A stretch of DNA of 32,000 nucleotides from Pseudodesulfovibrio mercurii (GTDB taxonomy: Bacteria > Desulfobacterota > Desulfovibrionia > Desulfovibrionales > Desulfovibrionaceae). A program made the translations under genes and the position numbers. The stretch is taken from contig NC_016803.1 in assembly GCF_000189295.2 (NCBI RefSeq), positions 1,980,001 through 2,012,000 on the forward strand, given 5' to 3'. This document shows, in pieces, positions 31,795-32,000 of the stretch. Numbering within the stretch: the stretch's first letter is position 1; each line of letters starts with the position of its first letter. Below the pieces are notes generated by a model that saw only the letters and a program-made list of their open reading frames with translations, ran no database searches and was not told the origin of the DNA.

Positions 31795-31836
31795 CCCGCC
31801 GGGTACGCGGCTCTCGCGCACCCGGCGGGACTTTTT
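31795..31836. other. GC-rich stem-loop between the upstream ORF and htpG
   Basis: CCCGCCGGGT (31795-31804) pairs with ACCCGGCGGG (31820-31829), with an inner CGCG/CGCG helix. The T-run (31832-31836) follows the stem only on the plus strand. Confidence 0.5.
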
Positions 31837-31879
31837 CATAGAGAGAGTATGTTCGGGAATGGCGTCCCGGGAACCTGTT

Positions 31880-32000
31880 CTAAGTAGATACGGATTTGAT
31901 CTTGTCAAGGAGGTACTTTTCCATTTCGCGCCGATCCTTGCGCAGACGGATCATCTCGGCCTCCATGACCGCAAGCTTTTCCTTGAGCTCCCGGTTCTCG
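31880..32000 (-). CDS. 3' end of a coiled-coil protein gene (partial; continues beyond the window)
   Basis: My own translation of the minus strand: ...ENRELKEKLAVMEAEMIRLRKDRREMEKYLLDKIKSVST, ending at the stop at 31880-31882. It has heptad-like charged/hydrophobic spacing and GC-rich third positions. Confidence 0.4.
   Translation of the reverse strand, partial: ENRELKEKLAVMEAEMIRLRKDRREMEKYLLDKIKSVST

Overview
High-GC segment (about 63-65% in the 60-nt stretches I hand-counted). Gene content and protein sequences look like the chromosomal backbone of a Desulfovibrio-type deltaproteobacterium; that assignment is inference only. I support about 31 CDS, mostly housekeeping. From left to right they are: a small acidic protein, a small membrane protein, pncC, rnhA and a membrane-anchored protein. 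Next comes a minus-strand efflux operon (YkgJ-type Cys-cluster protein, MacA-like adaptor, ABC ATPase, FtsX-type permease). Then hflK-hflC, a lone CI/S24-type repressor, panB plus a Gate-domain membrane protein, a sigma-54-driven small ORF or sRNA, an orphan GAF-like histidine kinase, a LysE exporter, an AI-2E transporter and serB. After that: bactofilin plus an untracked 52-aa ORF, a D-lyxose-isomerase-family cupin, and a FecB/FecCD/FecE-type ABC importer ending in a signal-less ModA-like protein. The right end holds an SLT+LysM lytic transglycosylase, PIN-PhoH2, flgM, a dGTPase-family HD protein, a Cys-rich 120-aa protein, htpG and a partial coiled-coil ORF. I found no rRNA, tRNA, CRISPR array, integrase or transposase, and I cannot point to a clear multi-gene novel system. 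Five things are worth a second look. (1) At least four families of interspersed palindromic repeats fill almost every long intergenic gap; this includes a 1.33-kb gene-less mosaic with a ~370-bp tandem duplication showing compensatory stem changes, and copies inserted inside the efflux operon. (2) A textbook sigma-54 promoter with four TTTGTGCAA half-sites drives a leaderless small ORF or sRNA next to the orphan kinase. (3) A lower-GC dGTPase plus Cys-rich gene pair lies between flgM and htpG and could be a nucleotide-depletion defence islet. (4) A cytoplasmic ModA-like protein is translationally coupled to a type-II ABC importer. (5) The lone CI/S24 repressor may carry an Arg at the catalytic Lys position. 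All functional calls rest on motif recognition by eye. No database search was run.
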